Part shown: positions 1 through 11,450 of the stretch, one piece after another
Layout: the number at the start of each line of letters is the position of its first letter
Position numbering within the stretch: position 1 is the first letter of the stretch
From: Podarcis pityusensis
Taxonomy: Eukaryota
DNA length: 64,000 nt
NCBI GenBank assembly: GCA_964106645.2
Contig: OZ067051.1
Reading direction: 5' to 3' (one strand)
Made by a program: the position numbers and the translations under genes
Notes under the pieces: generated by a model
What the model was told of the DNA's origin: nothing
The model's database searches: none
Seen by the model: only the letters and a program-made list of their open reading frames with translations

Positions 1-2287
1 GGAGGCATGACATATGATTATGCTGGTGGCACTAGACCAGGACACATTTTGTTTCTATGGAAAAGCCCAAAACACAATGCAATGTTTTATTAGTCTTCCC
101 ATTCAGTTTGAGTCAAAGGGCTTTTTTAAAAAATCAAGTGATGTTCTCTTGAGGGAGAGAGGAATATGTATGCCCTTCCTCTGATCCACACAAAACAAGG
201 GCAAAATGATTTTGCAATCAGCCTTTCTTGTTTGAGTCTTTCTGGCTTCCTAACTGAAAGAGGTCTGTGCTAAGAAACCACAAAGAATCTTCTGATCCCA
301 AACCAGATTTTGTATTTCTCCCAAGATGAGTTATTTTGGATATGGCCTAGGAAGAATATTCCTAGATTCTAACACTGTAGAAGAAAACACTGGTGCTGCT
401 TACCCTTACAAATCTGGATCTAGTGCTTATCAATGACAGGACAGTGGTTTAAGTGTATTATCTCTCCAACACAGGAAGATTTATATATCGTGGAGGTTCT
501 CCTCCTTGATGCGGTACACAGAGAAAACAAGAAGACAGAAGATGTCTTAACATAAACATTTATAATGTTTTATTGGCATATTTTTAATGTTTCTCATTTT
601 TAACAACATGTTTATTGCCTTTGCTATAGGATCAAATGCCTCTCTTGTGATTCAGTTTATTGTATTTTTATGTCACCCTCCAGTTATATTCCCAGGATGG
701 TTTAGAAAACCTACACAATTAAAATGTTAATACAAAAATTAGAACACACAACAGTTTTCCACCAATTGCAAAACAGTGCTCAAGGAAACTTCATGATCAG
801 GATTTCACACATTAAAAAAAAACACACCCTGAATAGCAGCTGGGGAATCAAATCTGGGCTGAAGGGCTTGGGAAACAAGGGTTACCTGTTTCCACCATGC
901 CATTTCTCTAAATTCATCCTCCCCAACCTCCTAGTTGCCATGCTGAGGGGAACATATAGGGGCCCAAATGGCAATTGCATGTTTTACATGCAATAGAAAG
1001 CAGAGCATTTGGGACATGGTTGTTTTAACTGGGAAAATGGTGCCATGGAAAAAGGATTAGCCCCTCTGCCACCAACATTGTAGCCTCACATACTGGGCCT
1101 TTGGTGCTTATTATTAGAAAGAAAGAAAATAGAGAAAGGGAGATCCTGTTCACAGGTCTTGAGCATCATAACTAGTTTCACCCTATTAGGAATTATTTTA
1201 GAAGTATTTATTTATTTATTAGGGCAACCCAAAGCAACTTACAACCAAACAAATGTCCCAGTCATTAAACAGTTAAAAGTTTGCAAATAACTTGAAAACA
1301 GGGGATGGGGAGTAATTATCTCAAGTCTAAGTATTAGTCTTATTAGTATTATGGCTTAATTTCCCCTACTTCTGCCTAATGCCTTTTTGTGCGCCTGTCA
1401 GACATTCTGTTATGACTGCGGGGAAAAGACAACTGCTACTTTCCTGCTCATTTTCAATTCCTTTAATAGCACTTGAATTACACACAGTGGGTGGGCGGGT
1501 ATTTCAGTTTTAAACAGCAGTTTCCCAACAACCCTTTGTATTGGAGTATGTTGCATATCACAATATTCACGTCCCCTGAATTCACACTTTGCATGAAGTA
1601 TAGGCACATACTGTAATGGGCATATTTATCTTTCTCACTGAGTAAGAGCGTCTTCCCCAAAATCTTCTTTTATTTATGTTATTTTGAAGTTTGTCAATCA
1701 ATCCAGTATGCCTTGAATACAACCCTTAACACAAACACATTAATGTATCTTAAACATATAGATATAGACACCCAGATTCATATCCAATGTTAGTCAGACT
1801 CAGGGTTGACCAACTGAGAGAAATGGACTTAAATAATGGCCAATTCTGAATATGACTGGGTAATGGGACATCACCCCTAAGTGAAAGTGCAGCTAAATAA
1901 ATTAAATTTTAAGACTTAACATACTGACTTCAACTCCAAATACATTCCATCAAGTATGTCACACTGGTGTGGACGGTAAACACAAAAATAAATTTTGTAA
2001 GCATTGCAAGTATGGATAAAGTCATAGCTGTCAAAGCTTCCCTTTTTTTAAGGGAAATTCCCTTATTCTGAATAAGATTCCTCGCAAGAAAAGGGAAAAG
2101 TTGACAACTATGGATAAAGTATGAATGAAGGCACACAAAGGCACAGACAGAAACAATGACCCACAAATGCATGAATGTCTTAGTGTGGACACAGCCCTAG
2201 TTAGCTATTTCGTTGCTCATTAAGGATAACTTATGGCAAAATTCACTGCAGATCTCACTTCACAATGCAAAGCCCAAATAATAATAG

Positions 2288-2312
2288 AGTAGTAGTAGTA
2301 GTAGTAGTAATA

Positions 2313-2357
<45 letters not shown>

Positions 2358-2637
2358 TATACCCCACTCATCTGGCTGGGTGTCTCCAGCCACTCTGGGC
2401 AACTCCCAACAGAATACTAAAAACAGGATAAAACGTCAAACATTAAAAATTTCCCTGAACAGGGCTGCCTTCAGATGTCTTCTAAAAGTCAGATAGTCAT
2501 TTATTTCCTTGACATCTGATGGGAGGGCGTTCCACAGGGCGGGCGCTACTGCCTAGTTCCCTGTAGCTTCACTTCTCACAGTGAGGGAACTGCCAGAAGG
2601 CTCTCGGCGCTGGACCTCAGTGTCCAGACTGAATGAT
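2288..2637 (-). mobile_element. L2 LINE 3' end with (AAT)n/(ACT)n tail
   Basis: On the minus strand: end of ORF2-like sequence (ctgtggaacgccctcccatcagatgtcaagg), 3' UTR stem-loop region (gcccagagtggctgg...ccagccagatgagtggggtataaat), then a trinucleotide tail at 2288-2358. A similar copy lies at 21505-21740 (+). Confidence 0.8.
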
Positions 2638-4408
2638 GCAGGATTCAATATTGCTTATCCTTGATTAAATAAGTCTGTTCCTATATCTTGAGCCAACCCA
2701 CAGCAGCATCGGTGAAAGTCCCTACACGGCTTACATGAATAAATGTCCCAGTGCAAATGTAATGTCCCTGATCTCCTAAGAATTGTTAGGAGATGGGGAG
2801 AATGCTGTTGGCTCATCCATTTCCTGTTAATCCCTCCACCTGACTTACATAAACCCTCATCTCCATTTCAAGATGTGTGCAATGATGTAGGATTGAAAGA
2901 GGTTTGCCAATCCTGACTATTATGGGGAATCCTGGGTCCCAATAGTATACTTTCTGTAAAGAACGTTTTTCTTCAGAGGCCCTTGTGAATCAGAAAACTT
3001 AAAAGTACACAGTCAAACAACATATTTCCTGCATATATTCATATTCAACATATTCATGAGAAAGAGACATTCTTAACACACATATAACTGAAGAGCAAGA
3101 ACTGCTATAAAATAAAGGAAAGCACTTGAGGAAGGACACTGTCTTAATAATGATCCACTGCTTCCTCTCTGTCCCCTTTCTAAACAAAATGTTTGCTCCT
3201 TAGGAAGCAAAGACTTCAAAAATTAGTCAAAGTGCTCTGCCTGGGCTTGATTATTTTGTGGTAAAAGCTAATGGGACTATCTCATGGAAACTACAGAGTC
3301 CACTCCACAGTCAAAACATAACACTAAACTCTGGTAACTAGATGACATACTTTGTCCCACATTAATCTAGACATTCAGTACTGGGGAAATATAAGACATA
3401 TGCTTAAACTTCCTTCAGGTTTAAATCTAGACTACATTTGCCTGCGTGAGCTTTGCCCGTGAGTTACCAATGCGTCTTCCTTTTCTGGAGCTGTGAGCAG
3501 AATGCTGATGCTCCTCACCTTGCCTGGGACTTTGATAATAGCCATGCCAAGAGCTGAATGCCTGTAATTCCAACATAGTCTTCACTGCATATGTCTTCAC
3601 ATATTTATCTCTCAACTTGCAGACATTTCTGCTGCTGAGGCTTTGGGGATTTGCTTGTGCAACACAGCAAAATGCTGGTGCCTGTGAATCCTCTCGTCTG
3701 GAGAAGACGAGGCGCTATTACTGAGTTAATGGACAGTATATACAGTTCCATCACCCTCAGTTACTGATTCATATTATCCACTTCACTCTGTAATGAGGAT
3801 CTCACTTTACTTGCTCACATTTATGTAACAGCAGCATCAGCTATCCACTAATCCTGCAACACACTAAAATGTACAGGCAGATGCTGGGAAACATTAAAAA
3901 TGTCCTTATCGCTTCGCTGCAGGGATATCAACTTAAACAGGGGAATTGATTTCCAGTTAAAAATAACCAAATAAATATATTTTGCTTCTTAACTAAACTT
4001 TGTCAGTGTCAAAAGCTTAATTTTATTATTCCTGCCATTAGTATGGATGGGGGGGTATTCAATTAAATTTTATTTAAGCAAGATAGTAACATATCTATTA
4101 CCTTCTTAATTTTTTTTTCCTTGATGGCATAATTAAAAGCTGGGCAACAATATCTACATGATCACTCCCAGAACTGAGCTAAGGCTGGAGTGGGGGAGAA
4201 TGCTACCCACCCAAATGAGACAATCAATTTAAATTAGGGAGCACTTCTGGATTTCCCCTATGTGATACTTGGTGACAAGATTTGTCCAGTCCATCAGGAA
4301 AGCAGCACAAGTCATGAGTAAAAGGGAAAAATTAAGCTCTAAATAAGGAACTGGAAGTGTGGGGGCCAAACACAGCTCCCAGGAGCTTCCCAGTCAGTCA
4401 CTGACCTC

Positions 4409-4435
<27 letters not shown>
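4409..4435. repeat. (CA)n microsatellite
   Basis: Direct reading. Confidence 0.95.
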
Positions 4436-4439
<4 letters not shown>

Positions 4440-5204
4440 CAACCAATCAAATCTGTACCTTTATGGGGTTCCCTGAACCCCAGGACTTCCCTCCCCCCAC
4501 CCTTGGCTTCCAAAGTTCTTCCTCTTTTAACTGCATTTAATTAATTTATCCCAATTTGTTCTACTTCATTTTTATCCTTTGTTGTTTTAAATTACAAGTG
4601 TTATGCAAATCCTGCTAATGTTTTTAACCTTTTACAGTGTTCTTTGATATATATTCAATAAAATTGTGCCATTCTCTGCTAAATTTGTTATCTTCTTAGT
4701 GCCATCAGGCACCAGGCACTGACCTCCAAATGTTCTATTACGTATTCCTGCATGATTCAAGATTCAGACAAAGGGCTCTTTGACCAGCCATTTGGAATAT
4801 TTCACTTTTTGAAATATGGCAACCCTAGCCAAGATGGTGATCTCCAGTTGTAATTGAACTCCAGTTCCAATCCTCACTGACCATTAGTGATGCTGCCTTT
4901 CATTGATGAGCGCTATAATAAAACAACATCTGGAGGTTGGCACATTGTAAACACATTTGGCTATTATTCTCCAGAGTCAGAGGCAGGGGACATTTTGAGC
5001 CCTATCTAGAAATGCCAGGAAAGGAACCAAGAATCTTCTGCAAAGCATGTAGCCTACCACCACCAGCAACTAGTAAAATTTTGACTTGGTAGAGCTGCCA
5101 TTTTTAATTTTTTTTCTTTTCATCACAATAGGACTTATTTAGAAAAGTGAGCCATTACGTATGTGCAGAGTGCAATTGTCTGCTCACATCAGTTATTCTC
5201 TGCA

Positions 5205-5609
5205 CATCTGGAAACCAAGCCATATGAGGAATGGTTGAGGGAGCTGGGTATGTTTAGCCTGGAAAAGAGAAGAATGAGAGGAGATATGGCAGCCATCTTC
5301 AAATATCTAAAGAGATGTCATATGGTAGATGAAGCAAGCTTGTTTTCTCTTGCTCTGGAGGGTAGGAGTCAATCCAATGGATTCAAGTTACAACAAAGAA
5401 GATAAACCTCAGGATGAACTTTCTGATGGTAAGATCTGTTTGAATGAAGTCCCTCAAGAGCTTGTGGACTCTCCTTCATTGGAGGTTTTTAAGCAGAGGT
5501 TGGATGGCCATCTGTCATGGATGTTTTAGTTGAGATTCCTGCACTGGAGGGGATTGGACTAGATGACCCTCCAGGTCCCTTCCAACTCTACGATTCTATG
5601 ATTATGATT
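5205..5609 (+). mobile_element. CR1 LINE 3' fragment
   Basis: Translates as LETKPYEEWLRELGMFSLEKRRMRGDMAAIFKYLK and LVDSPSLEVFKQRLDGHL (CR1 ORF2 C-terminus). Ends in ggtcccttccaactctacgattctatgatt, the CR1 3' octamer-type repeat. Confidence 0.93.
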
Positions 5610-7447
5610 AATGGACAGGGGAAGGTATTCCATGTAAGAAGGTCAAAGTATGATTTTCAGGCAAGGTTCACACAATAGCTCTTAGATAGAAATTAAGCCA
5701 TACCACATGACATAAGTTTTTTAAATTAATGCATCAATTACACTGATACATCCATTACCAAAAAACCTAAACAAATACACAAAAACCTTTAAAATGCATG
5801 CAGTCCTCCTCCTCAAAAAATCAATTTAATTTTTCATTATTCAAAACATTTTTTCTTTAAATTAAAAAGAACAAAGTATCCCAACCTAAAAACAAAAAAA
5901 AAATGATTGCTTCACTTGAGCAAGAGCATAACAGAAAATATTTGCAATGCATGGCTCAGTCCTGAAAATGTGAAGTAATAATCCCTGCTTGTATGCAGAG
6001 TGCATCACACCAGTGAATAATCACACTTAGCCTCTTATTTCTGAGAGTAGAGAGAATATCTTTCAGAAATTTGGGAAGCATGTGAAGTCAGTCAGAGTGA
6101 CATCCAAAAAGGCATGAAGCCCAAACTTTTCATTGACAAACTCACAGAAAAGCAAATAACAAAAGCACCAGCATTTTCTTCCATTCTGCCTTCTAGAACA
6201 TTTTAATATTAAGCTAGGGAAATGCATGTTTGAAGCAGAGCAACACACTTTTCCTGAAAATATTATGGAAAACACTCTAGAATTGCCTATGGCTCTGACC
6301 AACCTGACCTGATTCACCCAGCACTGGCTGCAGCCTTAATGGGTGAATGCAGGGAAATGATTATTGCAGAGTTTGTTCCAACACATACACAAGCCATCCA
6401 CCATTTCTCCTCCCAATCCCCCAATGCAAAATGATTAAGTAAAATAAATAGCTATTTATTAAAGAAAAAGATTCACATTGTGTCTGTTGTTGCTCTGGAA
6501 GAGTGTGTGGCTTTGAGATTTTGGGAGGTGGGAGAGGAATTTTTAAAAGGCTTAGCATTTTCCTTCTAATGGTGAGCTACTACGAACTTCAAGAGCGGCT
6601 TTTGCAGAGCCTTCCATTCATTATGTCCCACCCCCCATCCACTTTCTCTCTGAGGCTTGTTACTCATCCTCTCCTGCAGCATGGCCAACAAAAGAAGGCA
6701 GGACCTTCCACTGCTCACTCCAGTACAGAAAGAAATAAGAGTGAAAAAGCTGAGTGAGATATTCTGTGCATTGGTTATGGTGGATGAGTGGGCAGAGCCC
6801 TTCAGCCTTTGCTCAGCTGAAAATATGGTGTCCAATTAAAAAAAATAAGTTGCTAAACAAGGGCATAAATTGTTGAAGCATTTATTATATGTTAACCTCA
6901 GTTAACATTGCTGCTATTATAACACTCAGTTGCAGCTAAGGCCGACAGTGGGAATTCCCATTCCAGAGGGGAGAGGGTGGGAATAATCCTGCAGTCTGCT
7001 CTTGATTGCTTAACCAGTTGGTTAAACAATTGGCAGCCTTATGTCTGTACTGGCCCAATGACACTTTTGATAAAGCAATATGCTAAATGCAAACACTGTA
7101 AAATAAACATCTTGATTAGCTGTTAGCTCACACAGCTGAGCAGAACCAATTCGATACTTGAGAAGCAATGGTGCATGCATGCTGACACCATCAATGCCAC
7201 AGATATAAGGAAGCGAACTTCTACAGAGCACAGCATGTGCTTTACAACCTTGCTAATGCATGCAACAGTTGTCCATGCTATAACCTTGCCTCTTAAGGAC
7301 ACAGAGATATCTCCTATTATTAGCAGTAGCAAATGAGCTGGAGTAAATGGTTAGTGGTTGCTACTCCCGTGCAGTAACCATGAGGAAGGGAAGCCATGTG
7401 ATGCTCTGATTGGCATCAGTTGAAATCAGTCTGTTAGAATCTTCTGA

Positions 7448-9010
7448 AGTCATGGGCCCAGCAACCCAGCTACCAGAGCCTAGCTATAAGCTATCAGAGG
7501 TCAGAAGCTGGAAGACAAAATGTTATGTAGACAACTGGACTCTAAAAGATGAGAAAGTGCAAGCCACAATTGCACTGCGAATGGAAGACAGTCAATTGTT
7601 AATAATTAGAGGCTCAAGCAATGCCAAGGCAATGTGGATAGCTTTGCAAAACTTTTACCTCTGTGCAACAGCTGGCAGCAAAGTATATTTGACATGGAAA
7701 TTACACAGGGCAAGCCTAATTCCTGGAGATTCTCTGTCATTGCATCTTCAAAGGATTGTAGGTCTCTTCAGTGAAGTGAGCCGTGGGGAATGGAATTTAT
7801 AGCAAAGTGCTATAACATTCTGTCATCAATGGGATGGGACCACCAGGACAATTGAAGCCATGCCAGAGGATGAACTGTCTGTGGAATTTGTGACCAGCAG
7901 ACTGCTTGTGGAGTGGGAGAGAAGACAGAATTGGAAAGACATTTCTTTCTGCAGGACATAGCCAGAATCTATAGGAAGCGTGACAGGGAGCCAGATTCTA
8001 GAACTCTTCATGTCTGAAGATGCTTCAATTATGGGTCAGAGACACATTTGAAACACAACTGTCCAGAACTGAAGAAGGGGCAGGGGCAAAAGACACAAGC
8101 TGAAGGCGTTTCAAAGAGGAAGCAGTTTCAGCAGACAATGCGTAAGCAGGCAACGATTACAAAAGTAAGCAATAGCAGCCAAGAGTGGATTATAGGCAGT
8201 GGGGCATTGCAACACATGTGTTTTGATAAGAATGTGTTTCTGTCCATGTTTAAGACTAAAAGGGAGGCGGTATCTATTGCTTACAGTATGAAACTGCAAA
8301 TTGAAGCTGAAGGGTCAGTTCATTTGGAATGTTTTTTGGGGGGCCTGTAAAAGCACTATTTGTATCAAAACTAGATAGTAACCTGCTATCTGTAGCTAAG
8401 TTGACAGAGAAAGGATATGGAGTCAAGTTTACTGGTGGGGAATGTAAAATATTCACGGCAGAAGGAGTGTTGTGTACTATGTGATGTTTAAAAGATTCTA
8501 TGTATGTTTTGAATATTCCTAAAGTGTCTGGAACTGCCACAGATGTGCAGACCAGGATATCAAATACACATATATACACACACACGGAATGTATACACTT
8601 GTATCATAGAATATTTGGGCATGCAAATTTTAAAGTGATTTCAAAAATACCAGGTTTATGCATATGTGCACAGTACATGCGCTGTAGCTCTTGTGCAAAG
8701 CGTGAATCAACATGTGTTACTGTGTCTAAACACAGTAGCAGACAATCAAAAAGACCTAGTGAGACCATTTTCTCCCAGTCTGCTTTAGAAGAGGATGATC
8801 CTGAACATGAACCAGAATTCATTCCCAGATGGTCTGAACACATTACAAAAGGGATACCTCCCAAACGGTACGCAGATCATGTAGTTACAGCATGGGCCAT
8901 GTGTACAGCAAATAGTTTTAAAGAGACTGAAGATATGCCACCCAAATTGGTTAAGCAGTGGTGTGAGACCATGAATAAGGAAATGTGGTATAGTTTAATC
9001 AAATGTTAAA
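7448..9010 (+). mobile_element. Decayed, internally deleted Ty1/copia LTR retrotransposon (gag-protease-part of integrase-start of RT region)
   Basis: PBS-like gtcatgggcccag (~7449; copia-type GGTTATGGGCCCAG); gag motif WTLKDEKVQATIALRMEDSQL...AKAMWIAL; degenerate zinc knuckle CFNYGSETHLKHNCP (~8021-8065); protease-like EWIIGSGALQHMC; pre-integrase HRIFGHANF...CSSCAK; linker RWSEHITKGIPPKRY; then W..TMNKEM. Many stops and frameshifts. Confidence 0.85.
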
Positions 9011-9472
9011 TGGTATGTGTCTACCTGTGTTAAAGCCTATCTCATGAACAAAATTAAAGGTGTGTTGGAGGAACCGGACATGGAGGAAGGGGTTAATTTC
9101 CTTCATGAGCACAAATCACTTCATGTATGAGATAAGCCAATGGGGTTTCCATGCAATACTATGCTTGGTGCGTTGGGATGTTCAGAATAGTTGGAAATGT
9201 TTCAGAAAAGGGCAACCAAAAGCAGATGGAGCTATTCTCTTTTGAGAAAAGGTTGCTGCCTTTGGGAATATGTTCTTAAATGGCTAGTGTGCTCCAAGTT
9301 GGTATGGTCCATTGGCACCACTGGCCCATATCAGGCCCTGCTTGCCATTCATCACACTAGTACCCCTCAGCTGCAAACACTCAAGGGTAAAGGTTTAGGG
9401 TCCCCTCCTCCAGGTCATCATTGAAACCCTCAACAATCCCACCCTTGCCTTCTACTATTGCTAACTCATTTA

Positions 9473-9687
9473 CAGTGGTACCTCAGGTTAAGAACTTAAT
9501 TCGTTCTGGAGGTCCATTCTTAACCTGAAACTGTTCTTAACCTGAGGTACCACTTTAGCTAATGGGGCCTCCCGCTGCCGCTGCGCGATTTCTGTTCTCA
9601 TCCTGAAGTAAAGTTCTTAACCCGAGGTACTATTTCTGGGTTAGCAGAGTCTGTAACCTGAAACGTCTGTAACCTGAGGTACCACTG
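9473..9687. mobile_element. Tc1/mariner-superfamily (pogo/Tigger-like) MITE, family A copy 1
   Basis: TIRs cagtggtacctcaggtta...taacctgaggtaccactg flanked by TA on both sides. Opposite orientation to the other copies. Confidence 0.93.
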
Positions 9688-10274
9688 TATATTGAACAGT
9701 TCTCTTGTGCGGCTCCCCATTCAATCTTCGTAGAACTCACAATGATTTTGTGTTGTTGTACAAGCATCTACAACTTTTAATAAAATGTCTAAAAATCAAA
9801 GCAAGAAGTGTAAGCTGCTATCAAGAGGAATATTTACATTCTTCAGAGTACCATAGGAAATGTGGCTGTCCTGTTTTCAGCATTCACAAGAGAAAGCCCT
9901 TCAAATTAAGTTTCCTGTGCTCTCACGTGAGCTGCTAAAAAGATTGCATTCAAACTTGTTTCACAAGGGAAATTAGGCAATTTTAGCAAAGCTCTGAATA
10001 CTCAAAGACTTACACTGCATCTACCTTTAAGTGGTACCTGGCATTTCCCAGGCAAATAAGATAAGCTTTGTAGTTTTCATTATTGGTCTTTATTTCCAAG
10101 TCTGTATGAACAGTATGGGGGGGGGGAGAGATATGAATGTATTCTCCTATTTTTTTCCAGTAAAAGAGTCAGCATTTTATCAACAGCACAGACTGTGTAG
10201 ATTTAATACATCCAGCTGAAAGAGGCAAACATGGTATTAGCTGCCAATGGCAATTTCAAGCTGTGAGACGCTAC

Positions 10275-10885
10275 CAGCTTTAAACTGTGTGTCTTTCCTT
10301 CTGTAGAATTCAAAATGACCTTGACAGAATGGGAAACTGGATGGAAGCTAACAAAAGGGACAAATGCAAAGTTCTGCTTTAAAGAATAATATAAAATAAT
10401 ACACAGGATGGGCGACACTGGCCTGGCAAAAGTGCACGTGAAACAGACCTAGATCATCTCTAGCTGAACATGAGCCAGCACTGTGTTGCAACTACAAAAA
10501 AGGCTAGAGAGATTTTAGTCTGTGTTAGTAGAATGTTTGCTCCAAGACAAAGGAAGTAATAGCGCCACTTTATTCTGCAGTGGTGAGGAAGTAGGTTGAC
10601 AAGGTGGAATGGGTTCAGAGGAAGATAAAGATTGTAAAGAGCATGGAAAGCAACTCTTTTGAGCAAAGGTTGAAGCAAATGGGTATTTAGTCTGGCGAAG
10701 AGAAGACTGACGAGGAAGAGGAGGAAGGACATTCAAATCCCCAAGGGAATGTACTGGGCTGAAGTTACAGGAGCACAGATTTTGGCTGAACCTTAGGAGA
10801 AACTTACTAATGATAAGTGCACTTCAACAATTTACTCAATCACCTGTGCACTGCAGATCTCTAGAAGGTTGGACTAGACGACCTA
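10275..10885 (+). mobile_element. Degraded CR1 ORF2 3' part with internal deletions
   Basis: Recognisable remnants: DLDRMGNW, KCKVL, LNMSQHC, MGVFSLAKRRL and ggttggactagacgacc. Confidence 0.8.
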
Positions 10886-10929
10886 TGGAAGATAGCTGTG
10901 GAAAGGACAGTGTACAGAATGATTCCTGC

Positions 10930-11450
10930 CACTTGTCAGAGGAGGAGGACACGAGTGGTAGTGGTAGGTGACTCTCTACTGAGGAGGACAGAGTCAGCAG
11001 TGTATGGAAGTAACAGGATGTCCCGGGAGCTGTGCTGTCTTCCAGGTGCAAAGATTCAGGGTGTAACAGAGAAGTTGCCAAGTTTTATAAAGCTCACTGG
11101 CCAAAACCCCATCCTTCTGATCCATGTGGGTACACAAGATACTGCCAGCCCCAGCCTTCACCATATAGCAAAAGGGCTGTGAGACCCTGGACAGCGAGGC
11201 AAAAGGCCTTGGGGCACAGATGGTCTTTTAATCACTCCTTGCCCTAGGAAGAGAGATGGAAATACTGGAAACAAACTACTGACTGTGCAGATGGTGTCAT
11301 CAGGAAAGGTTTGACTTCTTGGACCATGGTCTCTGCTTCATTGAGGAAGAAATTCTGGCAAGAGATAGGTTGCACCTCACAACGGTCGACAAGAATGTGT
11401 TTGCTAAGAGACTTTAAACTAAATCCTGAGTGGGAGGGAGACAATATTAC
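10930..11450 (+). mobile_element. CR1 ORF1 fragment (SGNH/GDSL esterase-like)
   Basis: RRTRVVVVGDSLLRRTE...RELCCLPGAKIQGVTEKL...ILLIHVGTQD matches the esterase-like ORF1 of CR1; frameshifted downstream. Confidence 0.88.

Noticed and set aside
3427-3780. Short ORFs in a CpG-containing stretch, including MLVPVNPLVWRRRGAITEL and a small ctcgtct/agacgag hairpin
   Set aside because: No recognisable protein and no consistent splice pair; the RRGAI similarity to PKA pseudosubstrate motifs is too short to mean anything.
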